Assembly: GCF_001194135.2 (NCBI RefSeq)
Contig: NC_069006.1
Location: forward strand, 17,959,645 to 17,996,202
Length of the DNA stretch: 36,558 bases
Direction of reading: 5' to 3'
Source: Octopus bimaculoides
Lineage: Eukaryota
The notes below the pieces were generated by a model that was not told the DNA's origin, searched no databases, and saw only the letters and a list, made by a program, of their open reading frames with translations. Made by a program: the position numbers and the translations under genes. Below, in pieces: positions 34,476 to 36,558 of this stretch; the stretch's first letter is position 1, and every line of letters starts with the position of its first letter.

Positions 34476-35556
34476 CTGACACCCAATGATGATAGCTATC
34501 GATCTTTCGTGGAGCCGGCAAATAGGGCGTTATTTCTAGCAAGTCGAGTAAGAACAGTTTCTTTGTCGTTGTGTGTCTGTGTGTTCGCTTGGAACCGGCG
34601 GCGAGTTCAAGCCTTTTACCTTCTCTCTCCCCCTCTTAACTTCGACCGACTAAGCATTTTCAATTAGTCCACTTTTGGCTGACTGCTGTCCCCTACTGAG
34701 CGCATGTATAGATTTATGTACGAGTGTACGTCTATTTATATATATATATATATATATATNNNNNNNNNNNNNNNNNNNNNNNNNNNNNNNNNNNNNNNNN
34801 NNNNNNNNNNNNNNNNNNNNNNNNNNNNNNNNNNNNNNNNNNNNNNNNNNNNNNNNNNNNNNNNNNNNNNNNNNNNNNNNNNNNNNNNNNNNNNNNNNNN
34901 NNNNNNNNNNNNNNNNNNNNNNNNNNNNNNNNNNNNNNNNNNNNNNNNNNNNNNNNNNNNNNNNNNNNNNNNNNNNNNNNNNNNNNNNNNNNNNNNNNNN
35001 NNNNNNNNNNNNNNNNNNNNNNNNNNNNNNNNNNNNNNNNNNNNNNNNNNNNNNNNNNNNNNNNNNNNNNNNNNNNNNNNNNNNNNNNNNNNNNNNNNNN
35101 NNNNNNNNNNNNNNNNNNNNNNNNNNNNNNNNNNNNNNNNNNNNNNNNNNNNNNNNNNNNNNNNNNNNNNNNNNNNNNNNNNNNNNNNNNNNNNNNNNNN
35201 NNNNNNNNNNNNNNNNNNNNNNNNNNNNNNNNNNNNNNNNNNNNNNNNNNNNNNNNNNNNNNNNNNNNNNNNNNNNNNNNNNNNNNNNNNNNNNNNNNNN
35301 NNNNNNNNNNNNNNNNNNNNNNNNNNNNNNNNNNNNNNNNNNNNNNNNNNNNNNNNNNNNNNNNNNNNNNNNNNNNNNNNNNNNNNNNNNNNNNNNNNNN
35401 NNNNNNNNNNNNNNNNNNNNNNNNNNNNNNNNNNNNNNNNNNNNNNNNNNNNNNNNNNNNNNNNNNNNNNNNNNNNNNNNNNNNNNNNNNNNNNNNNNNN
35501 NNNNNNNNNNNNNNNNNNNNNNNNNNNNNNNNNNNNNNNNNNNNNNNNNNNNNNNN

Positions 35557-35579
<23 letters not shown>

Positions 35580-35587
<8 letters not shown>

Positions 35588-35750
35588 TACGACAGGCTTC
35601 TTTCAGTTTCCGTCTACCAAATCCACTCAAGGCTTTGGTCGGCCCGTGGCTATAGTAGAAGACACTTGCCCAAGGTGCCACGCAGTGGGACTGAACCCAG
35701 AACCATGTGGTTGGTAGGCAAGCTACTTACCACACAGCCACTCCTGCGCC
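35580..35750 (-). mobile_element. SINE family A 5' half adjoining a gap
   Basis: TACGACAGGCTTCTTTCAGTTTCCG...CCACTCCTGCGCC. Confidence 0.9.
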
Positions 35751-35789
35751 TTCGTTTTTTCTTTTTTAATGTGTCGTCTTTGTTTTTAG

Positions 35790-35865
35790 TTGTGCGGCCC
35801 GTCAGATGATGAGCTCTGTCTCACGCGGCCCATCTGACGATAAGCCATGTCTCATGCGGCCCGCT
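35790..35865. repeat. Three GCGGCCC-containing units of about 30 bp, possibly DNA-transposon subterminal repeats
   Basis: TGCGGCCCG, CGCGGCCCA and TGCGGCCCG spaced about 30 nt apart. Confidence 0.5.
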
Positions 35866-36299
35866 CCTCGAGGAACGTTGTTCATGCTTGCATCACATAG
35901 TCGCTAGGTTCGCTAGAAATAGAAGTCAAATCTCACGTTCTACGTTGGTTACTGTGGATTTAGGCTCCCTACCCCCTGCACGTAGAAGTAAAATGACGGA
36001 ATGGTAAACCTGAGGAATGCCTTTGATCGTACTGGGCCCTTTTCGATCAGTGATGGCCTTGGGCTAAACAACATCATTCGGTACGCTGGTTGTTTCTTCT
36101 CGTTGATCCGGATCTGTGTGCAGGTAAAATAAACTCCGTAAAGTGAAATTGAAGCTGGCTTCATAGTTTAATGTACTTACAGTTCAGCAACATCAACAAA
36201 CTTGCTTCATTTTGAGGAAGCCACGCCCGAGGTGGTGGTGGTGGTGGTGGGAAGTGGTGCTAGAGGAAAAGGGAACTCCACCACTATCATAACCCTTTC

Positions 36300-36509
36300 T
36301 ATTATAAGCATAAGGCCTGCAATTTTCGGGGTGGGGGCTAGTTAGTTGTGTCGCGTTCGGTGCTCTACTAAATGGTACTTGTTTCATCGAGTCCGAAACG
36401 ATGAAAGAAAGACGAAGTTGATCTCGACCGAATTTCAACTCAGAACGGAAGGGAAACCGTTGAGTATTTTTGTCTGACGGGTTAACGATTCTGTTAGCTG
36501 GCCGCCCCC

Positions 36510-36540
<31 letters not shown>

Positions 36541-36558
36541 TAACAACAACAATAATAA
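36300..36558 (-). mobile_element. SINE family B, degenerate, with head abutting a (TTA/TTG)n tract
   Basis: Minus strand GGCGGCCAGCTAACAGAATCGTTAACC...GAGTTGAAATTCGGTCGAG...AAGTACC. Confidence 0.8.

Larger units (their letters stand above)
4535..35556. other. 13 assembly gaps (about 5 kb of N), nearly all bordered by (TA)n or (CA)n
   Basis: N runs starting near 4535, 9552, 11532, 13052, 19114, 20772, 22337, 23735, 26204, 30578, 31889, 33342 and 34760. Confidence 0.99.
19845..35935. mobile_element. Dispersed short fragments of a further retroposon tail family (19845-19920 +, 25070-25140 +, 34490-34545 +, 35865-35935 -)
   Basis: Shared motif resembling GGAGATTTGGCTGCTATTTCTAGC. The span lists separate fragments, not one element. 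Confidence 0.55.

Noticed and set aside
4468-35809. Long ORFs dominated by X, YI, HT or VC runs
   Set aside because: Read-through of N gaps and dinucleotide microsatellites.
35990-36130. Possible exon ending CAG|GTAAAA (MVNLRNAFDRTGPF...)
   Set aside because: No acceptor or promoter support, no homology, isolated between SINEs.

Overview
Repeat-dominated eukaryotic non-coding DNA. It is most likely an octopus (coleoid) genome scaffold; this is inferred from the tRNA-derived SINE families, the extreme microsatellite density and about 5 kb of N gaps in 13 blocks. No ORF in the supplied track is a recognisable protein: nearly all are microsatellite, SINE or N-gap read-throughs. The window holds about 35 SINE copies or fragments of at least five families, the 3' end of a mariner transposon, several minisatellites and two near-perfect long palindromes. 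The most interesting signal is a cluster of Penelope-type type I hammerhead ribozyme motifs at 30.7-33.9 kb. One of them (31280-31367) is structurally complete, with a long helix II and a C-for-U4 core variant. SINE copies are CpG-decayed left of about 18 kb and CpG-retaining right of about 21 kb, suggesting a methylated gene-body edge. A phase-compatible chain of plus-strand micro-exons is a tentative candidate for that gene. All coordinates were read by eye; repeat boundaries are approximate (about +/-10 nt).
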